Assembly (NCBI GenBank): GCA_048938895.1
Contig: JBHLLU010000037.1
Location: 1 to 39,991 of the forward strand
Reading direction: 5' to 3'
DNA: 39,991 nt
Origin: Promethearchaeota archaeon
Lineage (GTDB): Archaea; Asgardarchaeota; Lokiarchaeia; Sigyniarchaeales; SOKP01
Under the pieces are notes generated by a model. The model had not been told where the DNA came from and ran no database searches. It saw nothing but the letters and a program-made list of their open reading frames with translations. A program made the position numbers and the translations under genes. Positions 18,982 through 28,830 of this stretch are shown here, in pieces (position 1 is the stretch's first letter; each line of letters begins with the position of its first letter).

Positions 18982-19824
18982 TTGATGAGCCTTCCAAAGA
19001 TTAAAGCAAAACTTGTTAAAGATTTGAAAAGTATTATTCCTGAGTTTAGGGATAAGGATTTACAATTTAGTATCACACAATTACCAAGCAAGAAAAATAT
19101 TGTGGTAGAACTAAGTTTTGCAGCAAAACCACGCAATTTCCCAAAGGAGCTAATAATTAAGGTTTTTCATACAAAGAATATTGTAAGTGAAAATAATATA
19201 TTAACAAGGTTAAAAAATCAAAATTTTAATGTTCCTGAGAAATTAGCTATAAAAAAACCATATTTAATCCTTACTAAAGTACCAGGTGTAAATTTGTGTG
19301 ATTTTATTAACGATAATTTAAAGAATACTGAAAAATTGGATGATATTCAACTTGATTTGAGGAATCAGATAATCCATAGCATTGAATTGCTAGCAGAATG
19401 GCTTGCTCAATTACATGAAAAAAATACTGTTCGGAAACATGATTCAGAAGAATTATTTGTCTTAAATAAAGGAGATACAAGATTAAGGGACTTCATCATT
19501 GATTTTTCAGAGGATTCAATATATGGAGTCGATTTTGAGGATGCTTATGAAGGAAATAATATGGATGATTTAGCCTGGATCTGCTGTTCACTTTTGGATA
19601 CAAATCCTGGTCTTTTTGATATGGATGAACCAAAACATAAAATTGAGTTAATTAATATTTTCTTGAAAAAATATTATCAAACCACTACCTCTTTTCAGTT
19701 TGATTTCAATTATTTAGCAGAAAAAATAATTGAACACCTTAATATTGTAATTCAGAGAAGAAATCTTCCCTATGGTCCGATTAAAAAAGATTCATTTGTT
19801 GAAGTCATTTCAAAAGAAGTATAA
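18982..19824 (+). CDS. Atypical protein-kinase-like / phosphotransferase-fold protein
   Basis: LIIKVF, E-helix, VP, LAQLH, NKGDTRLRDF catalytic loop, GVDFED and DDLAW. Confidence 0.7.
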   Translation: MMSLPKIKAKLVKDLKSIIPEFRDKDLQFSITQLPSKKNIVVELSFAAKPRNFPKELIIKVFHTKNIVSENNILTRLKNQNFNVPEKLAIKKPYLILTKVPGVNLCDFINDNLKNTEKLDDIQLDLRNQIIHSIELLAEWLAQLHEKNTVRKHDSEELFVLNKGDTRLRDFIIDFSEDSIYGVDFEDAYEGNNMDDLAWICCSLLDTNPGLFDMDEPKHKIELINIFLKKYYQTTTSFQFDFNYLAEKIIEHLNIVIQRRNLPYGPIKKDSFVEVISKEV

Positions 19825-19864
19825 TTCTTAATTAGACTAATTAGAAAGGTGTATTTTAAGATAG

Positions 19865-21082
19865 TTATTGAATAGTTTCAATTTGTTCAATTTTTCTAAG
19901 CCCCGCACGCCAAGTGATAAATATTATAAAAAAGCACAAGGCTGAAATCGCGGGTAACATTTGTGAGGGTAAATATTGAAGTATTAATCCTCCAAGTATT
20001 GGGGTAATAATCTGAGCTATACTTGAAAATGAGTTATTCACGCCCATAAGACTTCCAGTTTCTTCTTTATCAACAGATTTACTTAATTTACTGGTTAAAA
20101 TCGGTCTCACAACTCCAGTTCCAAATGCCAAAAATATGAGTGGTATAAAGACAATTAAATAGTTAGTAATTACAACTAAAGACACCATAGTTATAATTAA
20201 AGCTAAAACACCAATTTTTAGGATATTGTTTTCATGAAATTTCTTTATTAAGGGATTTATAAGGAAACTTTGAAAAATAACACGAAGGATCCCAACCCAT
20301 GCTAAGTAAAAACCAAGTTCTTGAGAACCGACATTTAGTTGGATTTGTGCTAACAAACCAAAACTCGAGATGAAGATCATGAAAGCAAAATTGTAGATAA
20401 AAAAAACAATTAAAAGACTTCTTATTTCAGTCGACTTAAAGAAATGTTTTGCTTCTTTAATAGGGATAATATCTTCGAATTTTAAGTTGAATTTCTCTTT
20501 TTTATTAGTTAGTGATTCTTTTAAGAATAGAATTACTAAAAAAATTGAAACTAAACTGATTCCCGCAGCAATAAACATTGGAATAGAAAAATCTAGGTTA
20601 GATAATGTTCCTCCAATAACAGGTCCAAAAATAAGTGCTGCTCCAAAGACAGCACTTGAATATCCATATGTTTTAGTACGATCTTTCGGATCTGTTACAT
20701 CACTTAGATATGCTTGGGTTACCGTCATATTACTACCTAAGAGACCATCAACTAAACGTGCTAATATTAAAATCCATACTGCGTTGGCAATTCCAAGTAG
20801 AAAAAATCCTAAGAACGTACTAAACTGGCTAAATACCAAGACTGGTTTTCTTCCAAATCGATCACTCAACTTACCTGTAATTGGGCTCGCAAATAATTGA
20901 CAAACACTAAATATACTTGATATTAAACCTACTTGATATACTTTTAATCCTAAATCAAGTGCTAAAAAAGGTAAGACAGGTAAAACCATGCTGAAACCCA
21001 AAGTTTCTGTAAACATGATCAGAAGAATAATAGGGAGATTTCGATTGAATTTTTGTTCTTGATTTAACGGTGTTGATTGCAT
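19865..21082 (-). CDS. MFS transporter, TetA/DHA1-like
   Basis: GKLSDRFGRKP motif A, GPVIGG motif C and about 12 TM helices. Confidence 0.92.
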   Translation of the reverse strand: MQSTPLNQEQKFNRNLPIILLIMFTETLGFSMVLPVLPFLALDLGLKVYQVGLISSIFSVCQLFASPITGKLSDRFGRKPVLVFSQFSTFLGFFLLGIANAVWILILARLVDGLLGSNMTVTQAYLSDVTDPKDRTKTYGYSSAVFGAALIFGPVIGGTLSNLDFSIPMFIAAGISLVSIFLVILFLKESLTNKKEKFNLKFEDIIPIKEAKHFFKSTEIRSLLIVFFIYNFAFMIFISSFGLLAQIQLNVGSQELGFYLAWVGILRVIFQSFLINPLIKKFHENNILKIGVLALIITMVSLVVITNYLIVFIPLIFLAFGTGVVRPILTSKLSKSVDKEETGSLMGVNNSFSSIAQIITPILGGLILQYLPSQMLPAISALCFFIIFITWRAGLRKIEQIETIQ

Positions 21083-21237
21083 AAATCCCCATACTTTCGT
21101 AATAAAAATCCTATATCTTAATCAAAATTTGATTCAATTAAGACTTTATTATTGAATTCTAGAAATGACAAAGATAAAGAAAATTAATATCTACCAAATT
21201 AAAAAGTTCATTAAATCGATAAAATTGAAACAAGATA

Positions 21238-21429
21238 TTATCCTTTAAGTCTTACACCCCCTATCAATAATATTACCCCACCTATTGATAATCCAAATCC
21301 GAGAATCATGCCTATATTTAAGTAAAAATATTCAGAACCAAAGACATAAAGGTTAAAGCATATTATGAAAATTCCACTTGATAAGAGGATAATTCCCAGA
21401 AATACTAAAAGCTTCTTTATTTTGTTCAT
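21238..21429 (-). CDS. Small two-TM membrane protein
   Basis: 63 aa with two hydrophobic helices. It fills the intergenic gap and has an ATG start. Confidence 0.6.
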   Translation of the reverse strand: MNKIKKLLVFLGIILLSSGIFIICFNLYVFGSEYFYLNIGMILGFGLSIGGVILLIGGVRLKG

Positions 21430-21635
21430 CTATGGCTCTTAAATAAAAAAATTATATTAAATAATTCAATCTTAATTTTTAAAAGTTCTTTTTTGTCTAA
21501 AAGAAAAGTTTAGTACAAAATCTTTGTTTGAATCATTAAATTAGCTCCTAGAGTTTTTACCGATTAGAGAGAATTTATTAATCTCCCCACTATTATTATA
21601 TAAATTTTTAATCATTTTATTGAAGAGAGAAAAAT

Positions 21636-22382
21636 ATGAGTCTTACGGATACTAAATCATCCTTAAAGAAGATACTTTCGATTATTGAAGAACTTAATGG
21701 ATTAAACTCAGATTCAATTCCTAAATTGCAAACTCAACCTAATAATTTACTCGAACAGATTGGGAAACTTGAAGAGACAAAGGCTAAAGATTTAAGTTCA
21801 ATCGAGGCTAATGATGATGAAGTTAATACATTGAAAAATAAAATATCCCAAAATCAACGAGATATTGCCACTTTTGAAGAAAATAATATTGAACTTAATA
21901 ATCAAAGACAAACGCTATTGGACAAGATCCAAGACACACAAAATGAGTTGACTGAAACTCAAACAAAAATAACAGCTCGTAAGGAAGAGTTAACAACGCG
22001 TGAAACTCGTCTAAAAGAATTAGAAAATCGACTGGTAGAATTAAAAGATATTCAAGTAAAATTTGATAACAAAATGAAAGATCTAGAGAGTCAACTTGAA
22101 GAGGAATATACCAAAAAAGAAAATTTTAGCAATTCATACGCCATGCGAACAGCTGCAATGAAATCTTTAATCAAAGCGGGATATGTACAATCTGCTCAAT
22201 TAAAAGTCATACAATCTTTACAACCAAATACTACTCTTGAACTTAAAGGAATTGTCCAAGCTATGGGTTTAAGAGAGGATGTAGCAAAAAATATTCTTAG
22301 TAAAATGGTTCAGAAAAATGGACCAATTGAATTTGATGAAGCAGCAGGAACAGTTACATTAAAAGGGGAGGTTGATTTCTAA
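21636..22382 (+). CDS. Long coiled-coil protein with C-terminal winged-helix-like domain (paralog A)
   Basis: About 170 aa of heptad-rich helix, then a helix-turn-helix and beta-wing (GPIEFDEAAGTVTL). Confidence 0.8.
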   Translation: MSLTDTKSSLKKILSIIEELNGLNSDSIPKLQTQPNNLLEQIGKLEETKAKDLSSIEANDDEVNTLKNKISQNQRDIATFEENNIELNNQRQTLLDKIQDTQNELTETQTKITARKEELTTRETRLKELENRLVELKDIQVKFDNKMKDLESQLEEEYTKKENFSNSYAMRTAAMKSLIKAGYVQSAQLKVIQSLQPNTTLELKGIVQAMGLREDVAKNILSKMVQKNGPIEFDEAAGTVTLKGEVDF

Positions 22383-23110
22383 TGGGATCACAGGAAATAT
22401 TAGCATTAATAGAGCAGTTTGAAACAGCTTATGACACTTATTGGCAAGTTCTACAAAAACACAATGAAGAAGTGCTTTCCCAATTAAGAGAAGCTTGGCG
22501 TTTTATGCAAGCAGAACAAAAAGAAGAAGAAACTATTAAAGAAAGACTCGCCGCCCAAAACTCAGAACTAACAGAATTAAGAACAAAATCAGAAGAACTA
22601 GATAGAACTATTGAAGGCTTAAAAGCAAAAAAAGATGATTTAACTTCAAAAATTTCCGAATTAACAAATACATTAGAAACCAGTATTAATGATTTGAAAA
22701 AACCAGCCTTTGAACTTACTCAACTTGACGAAAAGCTAAGTGTTGTTAATGAAAAAATTACATTGAAAGAAGAAGAGAAAACAGTACTAGACCAAAAAAC
22801 AGTAGAGAATGAAAACCGGGAAATTGAATTAAAAAATACTTATAAACAGAAAATGGATGATTTGGAGGCTAAAATAGATCAACTGAGACAGCAAAATTTC
22901 TTTACGTCATTCTTAATAGAGAATAGCGACGAAGACATTGCAGAGGTGGATATATTAGCTACTATTATGGATCAAGGAGAAGCAAAATTAGATGACTTGA
23001 AGAAACTACTGGATGTTCCACCGATTATGGCAGTGAGGACTATTAAACAACTGGCTGTAAAAGGAATTCTTAATCTTGATGAAAATACTGGTAAAGTAAC
23101 ACTTCCTTAA
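22382..23110 (+). CDS. Long coiled-coil protein with C-terminal winged-helix-like domain (paralog B)
   Basis: TAATG overlap and GGAGGTTGA SD. Coiled coil followed by EVDILATIMDQGEAKLDDLKK...VRTIKQLAVKGILNLDENTGKVTL. Confidence 0.82.
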   Translation: MGSQEILALIEQFETAYDTYWQVLQKHNEEVLSQLREAWRFMQAEQKEEETIKERLAAQNSELTELRTKSEELDRTIEGLKAKKDDLTSKISELTNTLETSINDLKKPAFELTQLDEKLSVVNEKITLKEEEKTVLDQKTVENENREIELKNTYKQKMDDLEAKIDQLRQQNFFTSFLIENSDEDIAEVDILATIMDQGEAKLDDLKKLLDVPPIMAVRTIKQLAVKGILNLDENTGKVTLP

Positions 23111-23113
23111 GAT

Positions 23114-23136
23114 ATTTTTTTTTTCTATTTTTTTTT
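23114..23136 (+). terminator. Oligo-T archaeal-type terminator
   Basis: Long T-runs immediately after the stop at 23110, between convergent genes. Confidence 0.5.
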
Positions 23137-23203
23137 AATAAATTATTGAGTGACCCTGAGTTCAATTAATGACCAAAAGTTTAAATATTGATTTGAGAAT
23201 TTT

Positions 23204-23959
23204 TCAACTCCATATGAGGATATCATCTAAGACTGATATTTTATTATTAAAATCAAATTCATTGTTTCTAATCTTTTTAAGAACCATTAGAATAATTTCT
23301 GTGGAATTTTGAATAAAATTATCCATTTCATCATTTTTCATATAGACAAAATCTTTCTCTAGAAGCTCCAAATATTCTTCCTTAGATATCTGATAGAATT
23401 TTTTAATAAATTCCAGCTGACGTTGAATTCCTTCTATAGGGAAGAAACCAAGGATACTCTTATTAAGCTCTGCCTTAAGAAAGTCCGTCCAAAATAAGGA
23501 ATCTTTATTCTCTGTAATATATATTTTATCCAAATCATACCAATCTCTTTTTACATCCCAAATAAATCTGGGGTTTTTTTGAAGTGTGCGTATATATTTT
23601 TCTTTTAATGGTTTCATGATAAAATAATTCCATAGATTATCAGTCACAAGATGAATAAAATAGCCTAAGAGGAAAGTTATATCTTCTTCGGGTGAAATTA
23701 TATCTGAATCCATCAAATATCTGGAAAAGAATTTGATGTCACTTAAAATAAACTTGTCTGTCTTTGTGGCAAGGAAATCACCTGTTCCATTAAGTGTAAA
23801 ATGAGATATTTCTTTTGGAGGTGTAAAAGCAGACCAATCATCATTCGGAAGGCCACAGTCAGGTGCTATAGATGCGATGCACCAAGAATTCCTGTTTAAA
23901 TTCGGGTACTTATTTAGAATATTTTCAGCAATGCGAAAATGTGTTACCCAAGTCGCCAT
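23204..23959 (-). CDS. Zinc-dependent phospholipase C / S1-P1-like family protein
   Basis: N-terminal ATWVTH, APD, SHF and LGYFIHLVTD metal-binding motifs. Confidence 0.75.
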   Translation of the reverse strand: MATWVTHFRIAENILNKYPNLNRNSWCIASIAPDCGLPNDDWSAFTPPKEISHFTLNGTGDFLATKTDKFILSDIKFFSRYLMDSDIISPEEDITFLLGYFIHLVTDNLWNYFIMKPLKEKYIRTLQKNPRFIWDVKRDWYDLDKIYITENKDSLFWTDFLKAELNKSILGFFPIEGIQRQLEFIKKFYQISKEEYLELLEKDFVYMKNDEMDNFIQNSTEIILMVLKKIRNNEFDFNNKISVLDDILIWS

Positions 23960-24396
23960 AAATAAAGCCTTCTCTACTTTAAGTAGCTTTAAAAATTAGT
24001 TATGAAACTTTATATTTAATCTTTTTTTCTAGGTTTCTTACAAAGCTGGATTATGTCATTACAATTAAATAAGAACTCGATAAGTACTGAAATGGGGATA
24101 AAATTCCAGATATCATTTAATCAAATTAACTATAAAAATATTTAGGATTTAAAATCAAAGGTTCTGTATCTATGATATTGCGCTTGGTATATCCATCTAG
24201 TATTATGTGTAGGGATCCTTCTAATCCCTTGGAGGGAGATCCAACAATAGTACGAACTACTACTAACATTGGATTAGGGTCTAAACGTAGATATTTTACG
24301 TGTTAATCATAATCGATAATTCCATCCATTTTTGCTTCAATTAATCAGGGATTTTGTCAATTCTTTTTAGTTATATTTTTAAGCCATTAAAAATTT

Positions 24397-24420
24397 CGAT
24401 ATGTATCATGAAACACTTCG
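24397..24420 (+). promoter_or_regulatory. Putative ModE-type operator upstream of tupA
   Basis: CGATATGTA-TCATGA-AACACTTCG: 24-bp CG...CG, with a left half identical to the moaC site. Confidence 0.5.
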
Positions 24421-24475
24421 CAAATTCGGCATATAGAAATACAGAAATATCAAATATAAAAAAAAATGAATAAAA

Positions 24476-25492
24476 ATGTCAACAAAAAGATCAACTCTAG
24501 AATTTTTAGGTGAGCATAAAACAGCAATTCTTATAGCACTTATTCTTATAGCGGGTGGAACTGTGGGAACTTATTTCGTAATTGATTATATAAGTGCCAG
24601 AAATCCAAAAAATATAACTTTAGCGACTACAACTTCTACATATGATTCTGGTTTACTTGATTTTTTACTTCCAAAGTTTACTCAAGAAACAGGTATAAAA
24701 ATTAGAGTTTTATCAGTGGGTACAGGTCAAGCAATAGCTTATGGTCAGAGTGGGGATGCCGATGTTATACTTGTTCATTCAAGACCAAGAGAAGATGCAT
24801 TTGTTAATTATAGTGGTGGTCAAATACCTTATGGTGTTCATAGATCCTGCGTTATGTATAACGATTTTATTGTAGTAGGACATTCATCCAATCCTGCAAA
24901 TTTACAATATGGTGATAATATTACAACTGTAATGACAAAGTTGAAGTTAGGCATGACAGTAGGACATAATACAACATTTTATTCAAGAGGAGATGGTTCT
25001 GGAACATATTCAAAGGAATTGAGTTTATGGGCTCAAATAGGTTGGAATCCAACTACCGCGGGTACTGATTATTATAAGGATGTTGGTGCAGGGATGGGAG
25101 ATACTTTACTGATAACATATAATGATGCTAATAATAGAGGATATACCTTAGTAGATAGAGGCACTTGGCTTTCTTTCAATGATACATATACATCGTTAAA
25201 CATTTTAGCTGAATCTATTATAGGAGAAGATTATTTACTCAATCCATATGGTGCAATCCCGATTAATCCTATTTTACATCCACATATTAAATTTGTGGCA
25301 GCTTGTCGATTTGTGGGATTTCTTACCTCTCCTTATGGCCAAGCTTTGATAAGTAGTTATAAAAAGAATAATGAAATCTTATTTCATCCTGCCTTTGGAA
25401 TATGTAATGAGACTCATAACTGTCCAACCACAAAATTAGAACTAGCATTTTGGGCACCATACCAGAGTGAATTTTCTGATCTTTCAATTTAA
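24476..25492 (+). CDS. tupA: Tungstate ABC transporter substrate-binding protein
   Basis: LATTTSTYDSGLL (TupA TTTS signature), VGTGQA, MYNDF, SRGDGSGT, DRGTW and LLNPY, with an N-terminal TM anchor. Confidence 0.93.
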   Translation: MSTKRSTLEFLGEHKTAILIALILIAGGTVGTYFVIDYISARNPKNITLATTTSTYDSGLLDFLLPKFTQETGIKIRVLSVGTGQAIAYGQSGDADVILVHSRPREDAFVNYSGGQIPYGVHRSCVMYNDFIVVGHSSNPANLQYGDNITTVMTKLKLGMTVGHNTTFYSRGDGSGTYSKELSLWAQIGWNPTTAGTDYYKDVGAGMGDTLLITYNDANNRGYTLVDRGTWLSFNDTYTSLNILAESIIGEDYLLNPYGAIPINPILHPHIKFVAACRFVGFLTSPYGQALISSYKKNNEILFHPAFGICNETHNCPTTKLELAFWAPYQSEFSDLSI

Positions 25493-25575
25493 ACTTACAA
25501 ACGTATACCTTGAAACTTAATTAATTTTTTTTTTAATTTGTTAAAATAAATAAGAATAATAATCTTTCAAATAAT

Positions 25576-26271
25576 ATGGCAAATGATATCATTGAGGGAA
25601 TATTAGAAGCTTTAAATTTAATGATTAGTTTTGATCCAGAGTTATGGGGGATCATAGAGGTGTCATTTCGTGTTTCATTGACGTCAACATTTCTTGCTGC
25701 TTTGATTGCATTGCCCATTGGATCATTCATTGGTTTACGTGACTTTCGTGGTAAGAAGTCATTAACAAATTTGATTAATACTTTCATGGGTTTTCCACCA
25801 GTAGTAATGGGTTTAATCGTATTTTTATTATTATCAAGAAGTGGACCTCTTGGTGATTTAGGCTTACTTTATTCTACAAGTGCTATGATAATTGCTCAAT
25901 TTCTCTTGGCTGTTCCAATTATCACCGGTACTGCGAAGGCAGCTATTGAAAGTGTAGATCCTATCTTAAAAGAAACTGTTCTTTCTTTGGGTGCTAATGA
26001 ACGTCAATTGTGGTGGGAATTGATAAAAGAGTCAAAAAAGTCCATTATTGCAGGATTTCTCGTAGCATTTGGTCAAGCTATTTCTGAAGTCGGTGCGGTG
26101 ATGATTGTCGGTGGTAATATCCGCTGGGAAACCCGAACATTTACTACTTCTATTGTACTTCAAACTCGAATGGGTGAATTTGGAATGGCAATAGCTTTGG
26201 GTATTATCCTTATTTCTATAGCTTTTATAGTAAATTACGGGTTAACCCTTATACAAAATAGAGGGAACTAA
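25576..26271 (+). CDS. tupB: Tungstate ABC transporter permease
   Basis: PPVVMGL, SRSGPLG and ISEVGAVMIVGGNI motifs. Confidence 0.93.
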   Translation: MANDIIEGILEALNLMISFDPELWGIIEVSFRVSLTSTFLAALIALPIGSFIGLRDFRGKKSLTNLINTFMGFPPVVMGLIVFLLLSRSGPLGDLGLLYSTSAMIIAQFLLAVPIITGTAKAAIESVDPILKETVLSLGANERQLWWELIKESKKSIIAGFLVAFGQAISEVGAVMIVGGNIRWETRTFTTSIVLQTRMGEFGMAIALGIILISIAFIVNYGLTLIQNRGN

Positions 26272-26272
26272 A

Positions 26273-27364
26273 ATGAATGTAATTGAAGTTAAAGATCTTT
26301 ATAAGGAATTTTATAAAGAAAATAAAACTAGCATCAAAGTACTCTCTAAAATTAATTTTTCAATAAAAAAAGGGGAAACATTCGTAATTATTGGCCCAAA
26401 TGGAAGTGGGAAAACGACATTATTAAGAATTCTAGGGTTACTTGATTCACCAAGTCAAGGGAAATTATTCTATAAAGGAAAAGATATATCAAAGAATTCT
26501 AAAAATGAAGAAGTTAAATATCGTAGAAGCGTTTCATTCGTTAGGCAAAAACCTGTGGTGCGAAATGCTTCTGTCTTTAATAATATCGCCTATGGTTTAA
26601 AGGTACGTGGAATGAAATACGAAGAATATAAAGAATTAGTAAATAAGATTATTGAATTTGCAGATTTAAACAAATTGAAAAGTAAGAATGCTCGAACTTT
26701 ATCAGGAGGAGAGATGCAACGTGTGGCAATTGCGATGAATTTTGTTTTAGAACCTGAGATTTACCTGTTAGATGAAGTTTCAGCTAATTTGGATCCTATG
26801 AATATAAAATTATTAGAAGAATTCATTATGAGAATAAAGCATGATAAAGATAAAACAATTATAATGAGTACGCATGACCCAATAGAGGCAATAAAATATG
26901 CTGATCAAATAGCAGTACTTAATGATGGTCAGATTACACAAATAGGTCCTCCTAATGAAATTTTTACAATGCCTAAAGATGAATTTACTGCTTTATTTGT
27001 GGGTTATGAAAATATCCTTACGGGGATTTCGAAAATCGACAAATCTTCAGGATTAGCTCAAATTCAAGTAAATGACTTGACTATTACTGCCTCCACTCAA
27101 TTAGAAGGAGAAGTTAAAATATGTATTCGTCCGGAGAGCATAGGGATTGTTAAAGAAGCTCCTAAAAATACCAGTTATAGAAATACTTTTAAGGGTGTTG
27201 TAGAAAACATCCGTTATCTTGGAAATATTTGTCATCTAATTGTAAAAGTCAATTCTGAAAAGTTTCTTATTACGATAACTGAATTCTCAAGAGAAAAACT
27301 TGAATTAGAGAAAGGATCCGAAGTATTTATCAATTTTAAAGCTACAGATATAAAAATTTTATAA
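26273..27364 (+). CDS. tupC: Tungstate ABC transporter ATP-binding protein with TOBE domain
   Basis: GPNGSGKT, LSGGEMQR, LLDE, THD and a C-terminal TOBE domain (FKATDI). Confidence 0.9.
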   Translation: MNVIEVKDLYKEFYKENKTSIKVLSKINFSIKKGETFVIIGPNGSGKTTLLRILGLLDSPSQGKLFYKGKDISKNSKNEEVKYRRSVSFVRQKPVVRNASVFNNIAYGLKVRGMKYEEYKELVNKIIEFADLNKLKSKNARTLSGGEMQRVAIAMNFVLEPEIYLLDEVSANLDPMNIKLLEEFIMRIKHDKDKTIIMSTHDPIEAIKYADQIAVLNDGQITQIGPPNEIFTMPKDEFTALFVGYENILTGISKIDKSSGLAQIQVNDLTITASTQLEGEVKICIRPESIGIVKEAPKNTSYRNTFKGVVENIRYLGNICHLIVKVNSEKFLITITEFSREKLELEKGSEVFINFKATDIKIL

Positions 27365-27400
27365 TCAAGAATAGAGAAGTTTTTAAGAAATTCCCGATTA

Positions 27401-27424
27401 CGATATGTACGGATAAGTATAACG
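27401..27424 (+). promoter_or_regulatory. Putative ModE-type operator upstream of moaC
   Basis: CGATATGTA-CGGATA-AGTATAACG matches CGTTATATA-N6-TATATAACG at 7/9 + 7/9. Confidence 0.6.
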
Positions 27425-27448
27425 TATAATTTAAAGCCTCTAGCCGAA

Positions 27449-27877
27449 ATGATTGATATATCTGAAAAAGATGAAATAGTAAGAATCGCAACAGCATCAG
27501 GAAGAATTCGACTGAAGGTAGATACAGTTAAAAGAATTAAAAACAATCAGGTAAAAAAAGGAGACGTTTTCACAATAGCTAAAATTGCAGCTATCAATTC
27601 TGTCAAAAAAGTACCTGATTTGATTCCATTATGTCATTCAATTCCTATAAATAATATCGCTCTAGAATTTAAAATTGAAAATGAAACAATTATAAAAGTA
27701 TCATGTAGGGTAAAGAGCATATCTAAAACGGGTGTTGAGATGGAAGCGTTAACTGGAGTTGGAGTTGCTCTCTTAAACATTTGGGATGTTGTAAAGATGT
27801 ATGAAAAAGATGAAGAAGGTCAATATCCCTCAACATTGATATATGATATTAGAGTTGAAGAAAAAATCAAGAATTAA
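27449..27877 (+). CDS. moaC: Cyclic pyranopterin monophosphate synthase
   Basis: MIDISEK, KKGDV, LIPLCH, TGVEMEALT and IWDVVK motifs. Confidence 0.96.
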   Translation: MIDISEKDEIVRIATASGRIRLKVDTVKRIKNNQVKKGDVFTIAKIAAINSVKKVPDLIPLCHSIPINNIALEFKIENETIIKVSCRVKSISKTGVEMEALTGVGVALLNIWDVVKMYEKDEEGQYPSTLIYDIRVEEKIKN

Positions 27878-27888
27878 CGTTAAAACAC

Positions 27889-28806
27889 ATGAAAGATAAG
27901 TACAATAGAGAAATTAAACATATAAGGTTCTCAATTACCTCAAAATGCCAATTTTCATGTCTTTATTGTGATAGTGAGGGATATAGTAAAACTATTGAAC
28001 TTTCAGTTGATGAAATTACAAAATTATGTAAAATTTTAGCGGACATTTTAGGTGTCACTAGAATTAAATTTACTGGTGGAGAACCCTTATGTAGGGATGA
28101 TATAATAAGTATTATACAAAATGTCTCTAATTTAAATCTTTATAAAGATATCTCTATGACAACTAATGGGTTGCTACTTTTTGAAAAAGCAGAAGAATTA
28201 TATAAAGCAGGTTTAAATCGAATAAATATTTCACTAGCATCCCTAAGACCTGAAATTTATAAAAAAGTGTATGGTTCAGATTGCTTAAAGCCTGTGTTGG
28301 AGGGGTTACAGAAAGCAAAAGATGTTGGTTTTGATCCGATAAAACTAAATTTTGTGTTGATGAAAGGAATTAATGATAATGAATTAGAGACAATGATTGA
28401 TTTCTGTGCAAAAAATGGTTTTATTCTACAATTAATTGAATTACATAAAGTTTCTGATGCTTTGGGGGGAAATGGAGAGTTCTATGAGAAACATCATTTA
28501 GATATCATACCTATTATAAAAAATCTTGAATTAAAAGCTGAGAAAACTATTATAAGGGGTTCTATGCAAAATCGTAAAGTGTTTATTCTTCCAAATTCAG
28601 CAGTAGTTGAAACCATTACCCCGAGTCATGAATTCTGCATGGGATGTACAAAATTAAGAGTTGGATGTGATGGAAATTTATTTGGGTGCTTATTTCGGTC
28701 TGATCTTGGAAAGAATATAAAAGAAGTCCTCCGAAATCATCATTCATTATCAAAATATGAACAAATAGTTAAACAAGTGGTTGATTCTAGAGAACCTTAT
28801 TATTGA
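27889..28806 (+). CDS. moaA: GTP 3',8-cyclase (radical SAM)
   Basis: CQFSCLYC, TGGEP, TTNG and C-terminal FCMGCTKLR...C. Confidence 0.95.
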   Translation: MKDKYNREIKHIRFSITSKCQFSCLYCDSEGYSKTIELSVDEITKLCKILADILGVTRIKFTGGEPLCRDDIISIIQNVSNLNLYKDISMTTNGLLLFEKAEELYKAGLNRINISLASLRPEIYKKVYGSDCLKPVLEGLQKAKDVGFDPIKLNFVLMKGINDNELETMIDFCAKNGFILQLIELHKVSDALGGNGEFYEKHHLDIIPIIKNLELKAEKTIIRGSMQNRKVFILPNSAVVETITPSHEFCMGCTKLRVGCDGNLFGCLFRSDLGKNIKEVLRNHHSLSKYEQIVKQVVDSREPYY

Positions 28807-28830
28807 AGTATATGGAAAATAATGAGATAA

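Noticed and set aside
24172-24306. 44-aa + strand ORF, and an interrupted minus-strand frame, within the hairpin island
   Set aside because: No SD or recognisable homology. Both strands are open, which fits chance or decay; kept only as an alternative to the RNA hypothesis.
27889-28806. MoaA lacking the C-terminal GG motif
   Set aside because: Archaeal MoaA proteins commonly lack it, and both Fe-S motifs are intact.
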